NCBI GenBank assembly: GCA_964423215.1
Contig: CAYRDW010000002.1
Coordinates: forward strand, 1 to 32,673
Reading direction: 5' to 3'
From: an uncultured Muribaculaceae bacterium
GTDB taxonomy: Bacteria > Bacillota_I > Bacilli_A > RF39 > UBA660
DNA: 32,673 bases
Shown: in pieces, positions 9,120 through 17,250 of the stretch
Layout: every line of letters starts with the position of its first letter
Position numbering within the stretch: position 1 is the first letter of the stretch
Notes under the pieces: generated by a model
Told to the model about the DNA's origin: nothing
The model's database searches: none
The model's input: the letters and a program-made list of their open reading frames with translations, nothing else
Translations under genes and position numbers: made by a program

Positions 9120-9245
9120 ATGTCTTGCCAACCAAACCAAACAGTAAGCTGTGAACCAGCAAGATCTAGTGGTAATGGCTTTATTATCGTAATCGTATTA
9201 TACATCTTATTAGCTATTATTCTAGGCTCATGGGTAGCTTGTTAA
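9120..9245 (+). CDS. Tiny transmembrane protein, YjcZ/TIGR01732-like paralogue (41 aa)
   Basis: MSCQPNQTVSCEPARSSGNGFIIVIVLYILLAIILGSWVAC, with RBS AAGGAGG 6 nt upstream. Same C-terminal TM motif as the preceding gene. Confidence 0.6.
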   Translation: MSCQPNQTVSCEPARSSGNGFIIVIVLYILLAIILGSWVAC

Positions 9246-9272
9246 GAGAAGAGTTTTATCTCTTCTTTTTTG
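9244..9272 (+). terminator. Rho-independent terminator of the tiny-TM gene pair
   Basis: GAGAAGAG-TTTTAT-CTCTTCTT hairpin followed by a T-run. Confidence 0.65.
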
Positions 9273-9431
9273 TGGGATATTATTTTAATATAAAAAGAGA
9301 AATGCCTTAAGCATTTCCTTTAGTGAACACAGCGAGTATTCATTATTATATTGGTTATTTCTAGTATTATTTATTCATATTATATTTTTAGTAGTGATTT
9401 AAAAAAACTACATTTTTTTCTTTGATGTTTG

Positions 9432-9440
9432 TGTTATAAT
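9432..9440 (+). promoter_or_regulatory. Extended -10 element (TGtTATAAT) upstream of the suf operon
   Basis: TGTTATAAT at 9432-9440, about 50 nt upstream of sufC. Confidence 0.35.
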
Positions 9441-9493
9441 AGTTTCACTTTAAAAAAGTGTTAAAAAATGATAAAATATAGTAGGTGATGAAG

Positions 9494-10258
9494 ATGAAAT
9501 TAATCATTAATAATATAGATGTTACTTCTAATGATGGTAAAAATATCTTAGAGAAATTTAATTTGGAAATTAACGAGGGAGAAATTCACGTTATAATGGG
9601 ACCTAATGGTACTGGTAAAAGTACTTTATCAAAGGTAATAATGGGAAGTAATGATTATGAAGTTACTAGTGGTGATATTACTGTTAATGATAAATCAATT
9701 TTAAATATGGAAGTTGATGAGCGAAGTCGACTAGGTATTTTCTTGTCTTTTCAGTCACCACTTAGTATTGAAGGTGTTACTAATAGTGAATTTTTAAGAA
9801 CGGCTTTAGGGAGTAAACAAGGTGAACCAGTAGGTATCTATCAATTTATGAAAATGATGGAAAAAGAGATGAAAGAGTTAAAGATGGATCAGGATATGAT
9901 GCACCGCTCTATTAATAAAGATTTTTCTGGTGGTGAACGTAAGAAAAATGAGATTTTACAGATGAAACTTTTAAAACCGGAACTGGTAATACTTGATGAA
10001 CTTGATTCTGGTTTAGATGTAGATAGTTTAAAAACAGTTTGTGATAATATAATAGATTATATGAAGGAAAACTCCAAAACATCGTTATTAATAATTACAC
10101 ATTATTCGCGTATATTAGATTATTTAAAACCAGACTTTGTTCATATTATGAAAAACGGATCAGTTATTAAAACCGGAGATTTTAATTTAGCTAAGCAAAT
10201 AGAAGAAACTGGTTTTGAATGTGTGAATGATATGAGTAAGGTTGAAAGTTATGAATAA
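9494..10258 (+). CDS. sufC: Fe-S cluster assembly ATPase SufC
   Basis: Walker A GPNGTGKST, ABC signature FSGGERKKNE, Walker B LVILDELDSGLD. The MKLIINN start (ATG 9494) fits SufC N-termini better than GTG 9485. Confidence 0.95.
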   Translation: MKLIINNIDVTSNDGKNILEKFNLEINEGEIHVIMGPNGTGKSTLSKVIMGSNDYEVTSGDITVNDKSILNMEVDERSRLGIFLSFQSPLSIEGVTNSEFLRTALGSKQGEPVGIYQFMKMMEKEMKELKMDQDMMHRSINKDFSGGERKKNEILQMKLLKPELVILDELDSGLDVDSLKTVCDNIIDYMKENSKTSLLIITHYSRILDYLKPDFVHIMKNGSVIKTGDFNLAKQIEETGFECVNDMSKVESYE

Positions 10259-10976
10259 AATATTAGTAAATAATGGTATAGAGTTTGAGGATATTTCTAA
10301 AAAAGAAGTTATCATTAATAGTGATAAAATAATCGAAGTTGAACTTGATAATTATAATAAAGATATTGATATAAGGATATTATCTGGAATTACTTGTGAA
10401 TTTATAATAACAGGAGAGGAATTTTCTTCAAATGTTAATATTATAATAGAAGAGGGTAGTTTTATTAATATTAAGTGTTTTATTATTAATGGTAATTGTT
10501 CAGTTAATGTTTATTTAAAGGGAAAAGAATCTACTGTAGATTTCTTTTATAGTGATTTATGTACTAAGGATGTTAAAAATGTATTTAATATCTATCATCA
10601 AGCATCAAAGAATAGTAGTAATTTAATTTGTCATGGTTTTAGTAAAGATAAAAGTAATATTATTTTTGATGTAAATGGATATGTGGAAAAGACTAGTGAA
10701 GATTGTTCTTGCTTACAAGATAGTAAAATTATTGATTTTAATGATAGTTTGTCGCAGATTAATCCTAATTTATTCATTGAAAACTATAATGTAGAGGCTA
10801 GTCATGCAGCTTATATTGGTTCTTTTTCAGAGAAAGATATATTTTATATAATGAGTAGAGGACTTACTAGAAGTCAAACCTATACTTTATTAATTAACTC
10901 ATTTTTAATTGGGAAAATGAATGTTAATGAGGAAATTAAATTAAAGTGGAAGAATATGATTAACCTACATATATAA
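10251..10976 (+). CDS. sufD: Fe-S cluster assembly protein SufD (short form)
   Basis: C-terminal SufB/D motif EASHAAYIGSFSEKDIFYIMSRGLTRSQ. ATG 10251 overlaps the sufC stop (ATGAATAA). Position follows the sufC-D-S-U-B order. Confidence 0.8.
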   Translation: MNKILVNNGIEFEDISKKEVIINSDKIIEVELDNYNKDIDIRILSGITCEFIITGEEFSSNVNIIIEEGSFINIKCFIINGNCSVNVYLKGKESTVDFFYSDLCTKDVKNVFNIYHQASKNSSNLICHGFSKDKSNIIFDVNGYVEKTSEDCSCLQDSKIIDFNDSLSQINPNLFIENYNVEASHAAYIGSFSEKDIFYIMSRGLTRSQTYTLLINSFLIGKMNVNEEIKLKWKNMINLHI

Positions 10977-10993
10977 TGTAAGGAGGTATTAAA

Positions 10994-12187
10994 ATGAATC
11001 GTGACGATTTTGAAATTTTTAAAACAGGAGTTATTTATTTTGATAATGGGGCTACAACTTTAAAACCTAAATGTATGGTAAATGCAATTACTGATTATTA
11101 TACAAACTATACAGCTAATGCACATCGAGGGGATTATGATAACAGTTTAAAAGTTGATCTTTTATATGAGGGAGTTAGGGATAAGACAAAAGATTTTATT
11201 AATGCTAATAGTAGTAAGGAAATAGTATTCACAAGTGGTTCTACTGATTCTTTAAATAGAGTTGTCTTTGGTTTTATGAAATATAATTTAAGTCCTGGGG
11301 ATGAAGTGTTAATTACTAAAGCCGAACATGCCTCAAATGTTTTACCTTGGTTAGAATTAGAAAAAGAATTAGGAATTGTAGTAAAATATATACCACTAGA
11401 GAATCATTTAGTAACTGCTACGAATGTAGTTAAGACAATTACTGATAAGACTAAAGTTATTTCTTTAGCTCATGTTACTAATGTTTTAGGTGATGAAAGA
11501 CCGATTAAGGAAATAGGAAAGATATGTAAAGAAAAAGGAATCTATTTGGTGATTGATGGGGCGCAAAGTGTTCCACATATGAAAGTGGATGTTCAGGAAC
11601 TTAATATTGATTTTTTAGTTTTTTCAGCTCATAAGATGCTTGGTCCAACGGGATTAGGAGTTTTATATGGAAAAGAAGCATTGTTAGAAAAATTAAAACC
11701 AACAATAGTTGGGGGTGGAATGAATTCTACATTTAGTAGTGATGGTACTATCAATTATAAAAGCTTGCCATCAAGATTAGAAGCAGGGACACCTCATATT
11801 GCGGGAGTAATTGGGTTTGGAGCAGTACTTGATTATTTACAGGAAATTGGACTAGATAAAATTAAAGCTCATGAATGTGAATTAAAAAGATATTGTCTAA
11901 AAGAATTAAAAAAGATTTCTAATATTGAAATATATAATGAAGATATTGAAGGAAGTAATATCGCTTTTAATATTAAAGAAATATTTAGTCAGGATACAGC
12001 AGTATACTTAAATCATTATCATATTTGTGTTAGAGCTGGTAATCACTGTGCTAAAATATTAAAGGAAGATTTAAATGTAAAGAATACATGTCGTATTAGT
12101 TTTTATTTATATAATACTAAAGAGGAAATTGATAAACTTATTGAAGTATTAAAAGATTCAGCGGATATTTTTAAAGTAGTATTATAG
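10994..12187 (+). CDS. sufS: Cysteine desulfurase SufS (class V aminotransferase)
   Basis: PLP-lysine motif FSAHKMLGPTG and active-site region RAGNHCA. RBS AAGGAGG. Confidence 0.95.
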   Translation: MNRDDFEIFKTGVIYFDNGATTLKPKCMVNAITDYYTNYTANAHRGDYDNSLKVDLLYEGVRDKTKDFINANSSKEIVFTSGSTDSLNRVVFGFMKYNLSPGDEVLITKAEHASNVLPWLELEKELGIVVKYIPLENHLVTATNVVKTITDKTKVISLAHVTNVLGDERPIKEIGKICKEKGIYLVIDGAQSVPHMKVDVQELNIDFLVFSAHKMLGPTGLGVLYGKEALLEKLKPTIVGGGMNSTFSSDGTINYKSLPSRLEAGTPHIAGVIGFGAVLDYLQEIGLDKIKAHECELKRYCLKELKKISNIEIYNEDIEGSNIAFNIKEIFSQDTAVYLNHYHICVRAGNHCAKILKEDLNVKNTCRISFYLYNTKEEIDKLIEVLKDSADIFKVVL

Positions 12188-12203
12188 TATAGGGGTGTTA
12201 ATA

Positions 12204-12632
12204 ATGGATCCAGTATTGAGAAGAGAAATTATTTTAGATAATTATCAGAATCCAAAGGGAAAAGGATTAGTAGAAGATAATAGTTATATTAAGATTAATA
12301 CTAATAATGAGAGTTGTATTGATGATTTAGATATTATGTATAAAATCGAAGATGATATTATTAAAGATGTTTGTTTTGATGGTGATGCTTGTGCGATTAG
12401 TACTAGTGCGACTAGTATTATGATTAGTTCTATAATTGGGAAGACAAGAACACAGGCATTAGAGATTTTGGATAACTATGAGAAAATGTTAAATGAAGAA
12501 GAATATAATCAAGAATTATTAGGGGAATTAAATGTTTATTATGAAATTTATAAACAGCCTAATCGTAAAAGATGTGCTTTATTACCATTTGAATCATTAA
12601 GAAAAGCGTTAAAGATAAGTAGTAGTGAATAG
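12204..12632 (+). CDS. sufU: Fe-S/sulfur-transfer scaffold SufU (IscU/NifU-N-like)
   Basis: Ligand positions are conserved: NESC-I-D, GDACAISTSATS, RKRCALLP. ATG 12204 follows RBS AGGGGTG. Confidence 0.9.
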   Translation: MDPVLRREIILDNYQNPKGKGLVEDNSYIKINTNNESCIDDLDIMYKIEDDIIKDVCFDGDACAISTSATSIMISSIIGKTRTQALEILDNYEKMLNEEEYNQELLGELNVYYEIYKQPNRKRCALLPFESLRKALKISSSE

Positions 12633-12643
12633 AGGTGATTAGG

Positions 12644-13954
12644 ATGAGATTACAGGGGTTAAACTTAAAAACAGTAAAAACGATCTCAAAGATAAAGAAA
12701 GAGGATGAATGGGTTTCTCTTTATAGAAATGATAGTTTTGAATATTTTAATAAGTTATCTCTTCCTGATTTTGGACCTAAGTTTGATATGTCTTTTGATG
12801 ATATTATTTATTATAAGAGTAGTCATGATGATGAGATTAAAGATAACTGGGATGATATTGATGGAAATGTTCGTGATGAGTTAGATGAATTAGGTGTTTT
12901 AGAAAGTGAACAACATTTAGATGGAATTGGAGTTCAATATGAAAGTGAAGTAATATATCATAATATGATAGGGGAACTTCGTAAGAAAAATATTATTTTT
13001 ACTTCAATCGAAGATGGTCTTAAGAACTATCCAGATTTAGCTAAGAAGTATTTTGGGAAGATTGTTAAGAACAGTGAAAATAAATTTGCGGCTTTAAATG
13101 GAGCTGTTTTTAGTGGAGGTAGTTTTATTTATATTCCACCACATACAAAACTTGATCGACCATTACAGAGTTATTTTCGAATTAATAGTCGTAATATGGG
13201 ACAATTTGAAAGAACTTTAATCATTGTTGATCATGATAGTGAACTTCATTATATAGAGGGGTGTACGGCTCCTAATTATAGTGAATCAAGTTTACATGCA
13301 GCAGTAGTTGAGATTTATGTTGGGGAAAGAAGTAAGTGCCGTTATAGTACAATTCAAAACTGGGCTCAGAATGTAAATAATTTAGTTACTAAAAGAGCTG
13401 TAGTTGATACAAAAGGATTAATGGAATGGATTGATGGTAATATTGGGAGTAATGTTACAATGAAATATCCTTGTTGTGTATTAAAAGGTAATGAATCAAC
13501 GGGGACATGTATTACGATTAGTGTTGCGACTAATAATCAACAACAGGATACTGGAGCGAGAATGATTCATTTAGGAAACAATACGAAGAGTAATATTATT
13601 TCTAAGAGTATAGCTAAAAATGGTGGTAATGCTACTTATCATGGTAAAGTTTTTATTTCTAAAGAGGCTTATAATAGTGAAGCAATAGTTAAATGTGATA
13701 CATTAATTTTGGATTCTATTTCTAAAAGTGATACGGTTCCTATCAATATTTGTAGTAATAGTAGCAGTAGAATTGAACATGAAGCGACAGTGTCTAAGAT
13801 AAGTGAAGAAAAGCTGTTTTATCTTATGAGTCGTGGTATTGATAAGGAAAGAGCTACGGAATTAATTATTCTAGGATTTTTAGAAAAGTTTAGGGAAGAG
13901 TTACCGATGGAGTATGCAGTTGAATTAAATCAATTATTAAGAAGAAACTTGTAA
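12644..13954 (+). CDS. sufB: Fe-S cluster assembly protein SufB
   Basis: Typical SufB core (HYIEGCTAP, STIQNWAQNV, HEATVSKISEEKLFYLMSRGI). ATG 12644 follows RBS AGAGG. Confidence 0.95.
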   Translation: MRLQGLNLKTVKTISKIKKEDEWVSLYRNDSFEYFNKLSLPDFGPKFDMSFDDIIYYKSSHDDEIKDNWDDIDGNVRDELDELGVLESEQHLDGIGVQYESEVIYHNMIGELRKKNIIFTSIEDGLKNYPDLAKKYFGKIVKNSENKFAALNGAVFSGGSFIYIPPHTKLDRPLQSYFRINSRNMGQFERTLIIVDHDSELHYIEGCTAPNYSESSLHAAVVEIYVGERSKCRYSTIQNWAQNVNNLVTKRAVVDTKGLMEWIDGNIGSNVTMKYPCCVLKGNESTGTCITISVATNNQQQDTGARMIHLGNNTKSNIISKSIAKNGGNATYHGKVFISKEAYNSEAIVKCDTLILDSISKSDTVPINICSNSSSRIEHEATVSKISEEKLFYLMSRGIDKERATELIILGFLEKFREELPMEYAVELNQLLRRNL

Positions 13955-13990
13955 AGTTAAGAATTGAGTATTTTTATATTTAAGAAAATA

Positions 13991-14018
13991 AGGAAAGCTA
14001 GTAGACTTTCTTTTTTTT
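13991..14018 (+). terminator. Weak candidate terminator after sufB
   Basis: GGAAAG...CTTTCT short stem followed by a run of 8 T. Confidence 0.4.
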
Positions 14019-14106
14019 ATGATTTTTTTTATGACTATTTTTCATTAACACTGATTTGTTTAATGGTTATTGATTTAGTATTGTATAGCACGAAAGGAGG
14101 ATTTTA

Positions 14107-14436
14107 ATGTTGAATCAAGTTGTTTTAGTGGGAAGACTAGTTCGTACACCAGAGTTAAGGGAAAGTGAAAATGGTAAGAAGTTATCGTTTATTACGTTAG
14201 CTGTTCCTCGTAGTTTTAAAAATATGAATGGTGAATATGATACTGATTTTATCGATTGTATTTTATGGGACAGTGTAGCTTCTTCTACAGTTGATTACTG
14301 TAAAAAGGGCGACATCATCGGTGTCAAAGGAAGAGCTCAAAGTCGTGTTATTGAAAAGGAAACAGGTAAGGTTTCTCAGTTAGAAATAGTAGCTGAAAAA
14401 GTTACTTTTTTGTCAACTAAGCCTAAAGGCGAATAG
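14107..14436 (+). CDS. ssb: Single-stranded DNA-binding protein, short SsbB-like form without the acidic C-terminal tail
   Basis: OB-fold start MLNQVVLVGRLVRTPELR and ...GVKGRAQSR. Only 109 aa and ends STKPKGE, with no D-D-D-I/L-P-F tip. RBS AAAGGAGG. Confidence 0.9.
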   Translation: MLNQVVLVGRLVRTPELRESENGKKLSFITLAVPRSFKNMNGEYDTDFIDCILWDSVASSTVDYCKKGDIIGVKGRAQSRVIEKETGKVSQLEIVAEKVTFLSTKPKGE

Positions 14437-14516
14437 TTTCTTTCTAGTTAACTTAAGCCAAAATGTGACAACTTTTATCTATAATGAGACCTATATTAGT
14501 GATGGGAGTGGTAATT

Positions 14517-14873
14517 GTGTTTTTATTCGGAAAAAGATTACGTGAAACAAGAAAATCAAATCACTTAACTCAAGAACAATTAGCTAAACGTATAGGAGTT
14601 ACTAAAACTAGTATTTCCTGTTATGAAAGTGGTTCAAGAACACCAACTTTAGAAACTTTAATTGATTTAGCGAATGAATTAAATGTTGAACTTACTTATT
14701 TCTTGGGTGTAGATGAGTATAGGGTAGCTAGTGATGATATTAGTTTTGGGATTAATTTGGCTAAGGATGAGATTGTTTTAATTAAGGAACTCAGAAATCA
14801 TATTTCGTTATATGAGAAATTACTTGATGATCCTAAACGAATGATTGAATTAATTGAAAAGAAACTTAGATAA
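14517..14873 (+). CDS. XRE-family helix-turn-helix transcriptional regulator
   Basis: FGKRLRETRKSNHLTQEQLAKRIGVTKTSISCYESG is a classic HTH_XRE. GTG 14517 follows RBS GGGAGTGG. A TATAAT at 14480-14485 overlaps the track's ATG 14484, which is therefore unlikely to be the start. Confidence 0.8.
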   Translation: MFLFGKRLRETRKSNHLTQEQLAKRIGVTKTSISCYESGSRTPTLETLIDLANELNVELTYFLGVDEYRVASDDISFGINLAKDEIVLIKELRNHISLYEKLLDDPKRMIELIEKKLR

Positions 14874-14897
14874 GTACATATTTTATGTACTTTTTTT
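14873..14897 (+). terminator. Rho-independent terminator
   Basis: Perfect 8-bp stem AGTACATA/TATGTACT, 3-nt loop, 7-T run. Confidence 0.7.
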
Positions 14898-14957
14898 AAT
14901 TAGTAAATAAAATTTTATAATTAGTTATTAAATGTTATACATATTAGTCGTAAAATT

Positions 14958-14966
14958 TGTTATAAT
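14958..14966 (+). promoter_or_regulatory. Extended -10 element (TGtTATAAT) for pdp
   Basis: TGTTATAAT at 14958-14966. The track's ATG 14969 is only 3 nt downstream and so cannot be translated from this promoter. Confidence 0.4.
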
Positions 14967-14992
14967 AGATGAAAGTAGAGGGTGATATTGTG

Positions 14993-16330
14993 ATGATAGT
15001 GGATATTATAAATAAAAAGAGATTAGGGAGTGTATTAACTAAAGAAGAATTAGCTAAAGCTTTTTTGGATTATTTTCATGGTAATGTGACCGATTATCAA
15101 ATGAGTTCTTTATTAATGGCTATTTGTATTAACGGAATGAACGATCAAGAAATACTTGATTTAACAGATATTTTTATTCAAAGTGGTGATGTCCTTGATT
15201 TGAGTAGTGTTAATGGTGTAACTGTTGATAAGCATTCGACTGGTGGAGTTGGAGATAAAACGACTTTAATAATTGGTTCAATTGTTGCTTCACTTGGTGT
15301 AAAAGTACCTAAGATGAGTGGTAGAGGTCTTGGTCATACTGGTGGAACCATTGATAAACTGGAAAGTATTCCAGGTTTTAGAACTGATTTAAGTGAAGAA
15401 GAGTTTGTTAATCAACTTAATAAGGTTGGATTTTCTATTATTAGTCAAACTGCTAATCTAGCACCTCTAGATAAAAAGGTTTATGCTTTAAGAGATGTAA
15501 CTGGTACAGTTGAATCTATTCCTTTGATTGCCTCTAGTATTATGAGTAAAAAGATAGCATCTGGTGCAGATAAGATAGTTATCGATGTTAAAGTTGGTGA
15601 CGGGGCATTATTAAAGAATAAGGAAGAAGCCTTAGAGATATCAAGAATTATGAAGATGATTGGTGAAAAATACAATAAAGAAGTAGAAACAATGATAACA
15701 TATATGGATATTCCACTTGGGACAAGTATAGGAAATGCGATTGAAATATTAGAAGTAATGAGAATATTATCTAATGAGGATAATAATTATTTAGTAGCTT
15801 TATCGAAAGCATTAGCTGCTAAAATGGTAGAAATAGGGCTTGGTGTAACGATAGGTGATGCAACGAGGATGGTTGATGATAATTTAAAAAATGGTAAAGC
15901 TTATGAAAAGTTTTTAGAAATGGTAGAAGCACAAGGGGGGAGAATTGGGGAACTCCGTGTAAGTACTCGTACCCAAGAGATTCATTCTACTAAGAGTGGT
16001 CATGTTATTAACATGGATGCTTATAAGTTTGGTAAACTATCTTTAAAATTAGGTGGTGGAAGAGTTACCAAGGAAGATAAATTAGATCCAAAAGTAGGTA
16101 TTATTTTAAGAAAAAAAATTGGGGATGACGTTCAAATAGGTGATGTTTTATGTACTCTATATTTGAGAGAAGAAGATGCTCTAATAACAGAAGATATTAC
16201 CGATTATTATACTTTTAGAGAAATAAAAAAGCCTAATCCTAAACCAGAACCACAACAAGTGGAAATTTCAGAACCACAGCCGGCACCACAACCAATAGAA
16301 AAAAAAGAAGAAGAAGCTGATGTTTTATAA
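14993..16330 (+). CDS. pdp: Pyrimidine-nucleoside (thymidine) phosphorylase with a Pro/Glu-rich C-terminal extension
   Basis: Motifs VDKHSTGGVGDKT and SGRGLGHTGGTIDKLE. Start is ATG 14993 (or GTG 14990) after RBS GAGGGTGA. Confidence 0.93.
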   Translation: MIVDIINKKRLGSVLTKEELAKAFLDYFHGNVTDYQMSSLLMAICINGMNDQEILDLTDIFIQSGDVLDLSSVNGVTVDKHSTGGVGDKTTLIIGSIVASLGVKVPKMSGRGLGHTGGTIDKLESIPGFRTDLSEEEFVNQLNKVGFSIISQTANLAPLDKKVYALRDVTGTVESIPLIASSIMSKKIASGADKIVIDVKVGDGALLKNKEEALEISRIMKMIGEKYNKEVETMITYMDIPLGTSIGNAIEILEVMRILSNEDNNYLVALSKALAAKMVEIGLGVTIGDATRMVDDNLKNGKAYEKFLEMVEAQGGRIGELRVSTRTQEIHSTKSGHVINMDAYKFGKLSLKLGGGRVTKEDKLDPKVGIILRKKIGDDVQIGDVLCTLYLREEDALITEDITDYYTFREIKKPNPKPEPQQVEISEPQPAPQPIEKKEEEADVL

Positions 16331-16350
16331 ACAAAGTTTCTTCTTTTTCT

Positions 16351-17154
16351 TTAATTATCTAGATATCTAGCATAGTATTCGTCAAAAGTTATATTTTGTT
16401 GTTTGATGATATTAGCTATTTCTTCCCCAACATAACGGTAATGCCATGATTCATATTGGTAACCTGTTATGTTTTCTTTACCTTCGGGATACCTTAAGAT
16501 GAAACCAAACTTATAAGCATTTTCTTTCATCCAATTAAATTCTTTAGTTGATTCGAAATTAGTAAAGGAAGTATTGATATTATCAACATCGACAACTAAT
16601 CCAGTTTGATGTTCGGAAAAGCCAGCTCGGGCTGAATAGGTATCAGCTTTTTCTATACCATCTTGATCGACATATTTATTATATAAAACTGATTGGTATT
16701 GATAAGAACGATAGGCAGAGATAGCCCTTATATTATAACCTTCACTTTTTGCTTGTTTAGCTAAGTTTTCAAAGGCTAATTTAGCTTCTTGGACTAATAG
16801 TCTAGTTCCATTTGCGAAACTAAAATCTATTTTTTCTAAGTTTTCTGGAGTGTAGTCTTTAGGCATATAAAGATATTTATTTGATAAGATATGGATCTTA
16901 TTTAAATACGGTGTTTCTTTTGTATTAGTATAAAAAGGATTATCCAAACCAATATTAACTCGCGTTATTATATCTTCATTTGATAGATCAGGATTAATCT
17001 TTTTATAACTAAGATATCTTTCTTCATAGTCCTTTTTAAAGTACTTTGGGTTATTATCATCAGAAACACTATCTTTATTATTTGATTTGCCGGTATTACT
17101 ACATCCTATAATTAGGATAGAGCTAATTAACAGAATAAATATTTTTTTAATCAT
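16351..17154 (-). CDS. VanY/M15B-type D-alanyl-D-alanine carboxypeptidase lipoprotein
   Basis: Start ATG 17154 (MIKKIFILLISSILIIG-C lipobox). Zinc-peptidase motifs SAYRSY, SEHQTGLVVDV and ESWHYRYVG. Confidence 0.88.
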   Translation of the reverse strand: MIKKIFILLISSILIIGCSNTGKSNNKDSVSDDNNPKYFKKDYEERYLSYKKINPDLSNEDIITRVNIGLDNPFYTNTKETPYLNKIHILSNKYLYMPKDYTPENLEKIDFSFANGTRLLVQEAKLAFENLAKQAKSEGYNIRAISAYRSYQYQSVLYNKYVDQDGIEKADTYSARAGFSEHQTGLVVDVDNINTSFTNFESTKEFNWMKENAYKFGFILRYPEGKENITGYQYESWHYRYVGEEIANIIKQQNITFDEYYARYLDN

Positions 17155-17250
17155 CTTACTCACCACTTTAATAATAGTTTTTTTATAGTTATTTATGCAT
17201 AATTTATAATATCTTATTTTCTGAAGCATATTTTTTAATGAGGTGTATAT

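Noticed and set aside
9445-9459. CACTTT-AAAA-AAGTG palindrome just downstream of the suf -10 as an operator for an Fe-S regulator
   Set aside because: The arms are only 5 bp in AT-rich DNA, and I recognise no match to a known operator consensus.
14465-14485. GTGACA ... TATAAT pair upstream of the XRE gene as a full sigma-A promoter
   Set aside because: The spacer is only 9 nt, so the two hexamers cannot act together. Only the -10-like element was used, as an argument against the ATG 14484 start.
15481-15675. 64-aa minus-strand ORF inside pdp
   Set aside because: It is antisense to a highly conserved enzyme core, with no translation signals.
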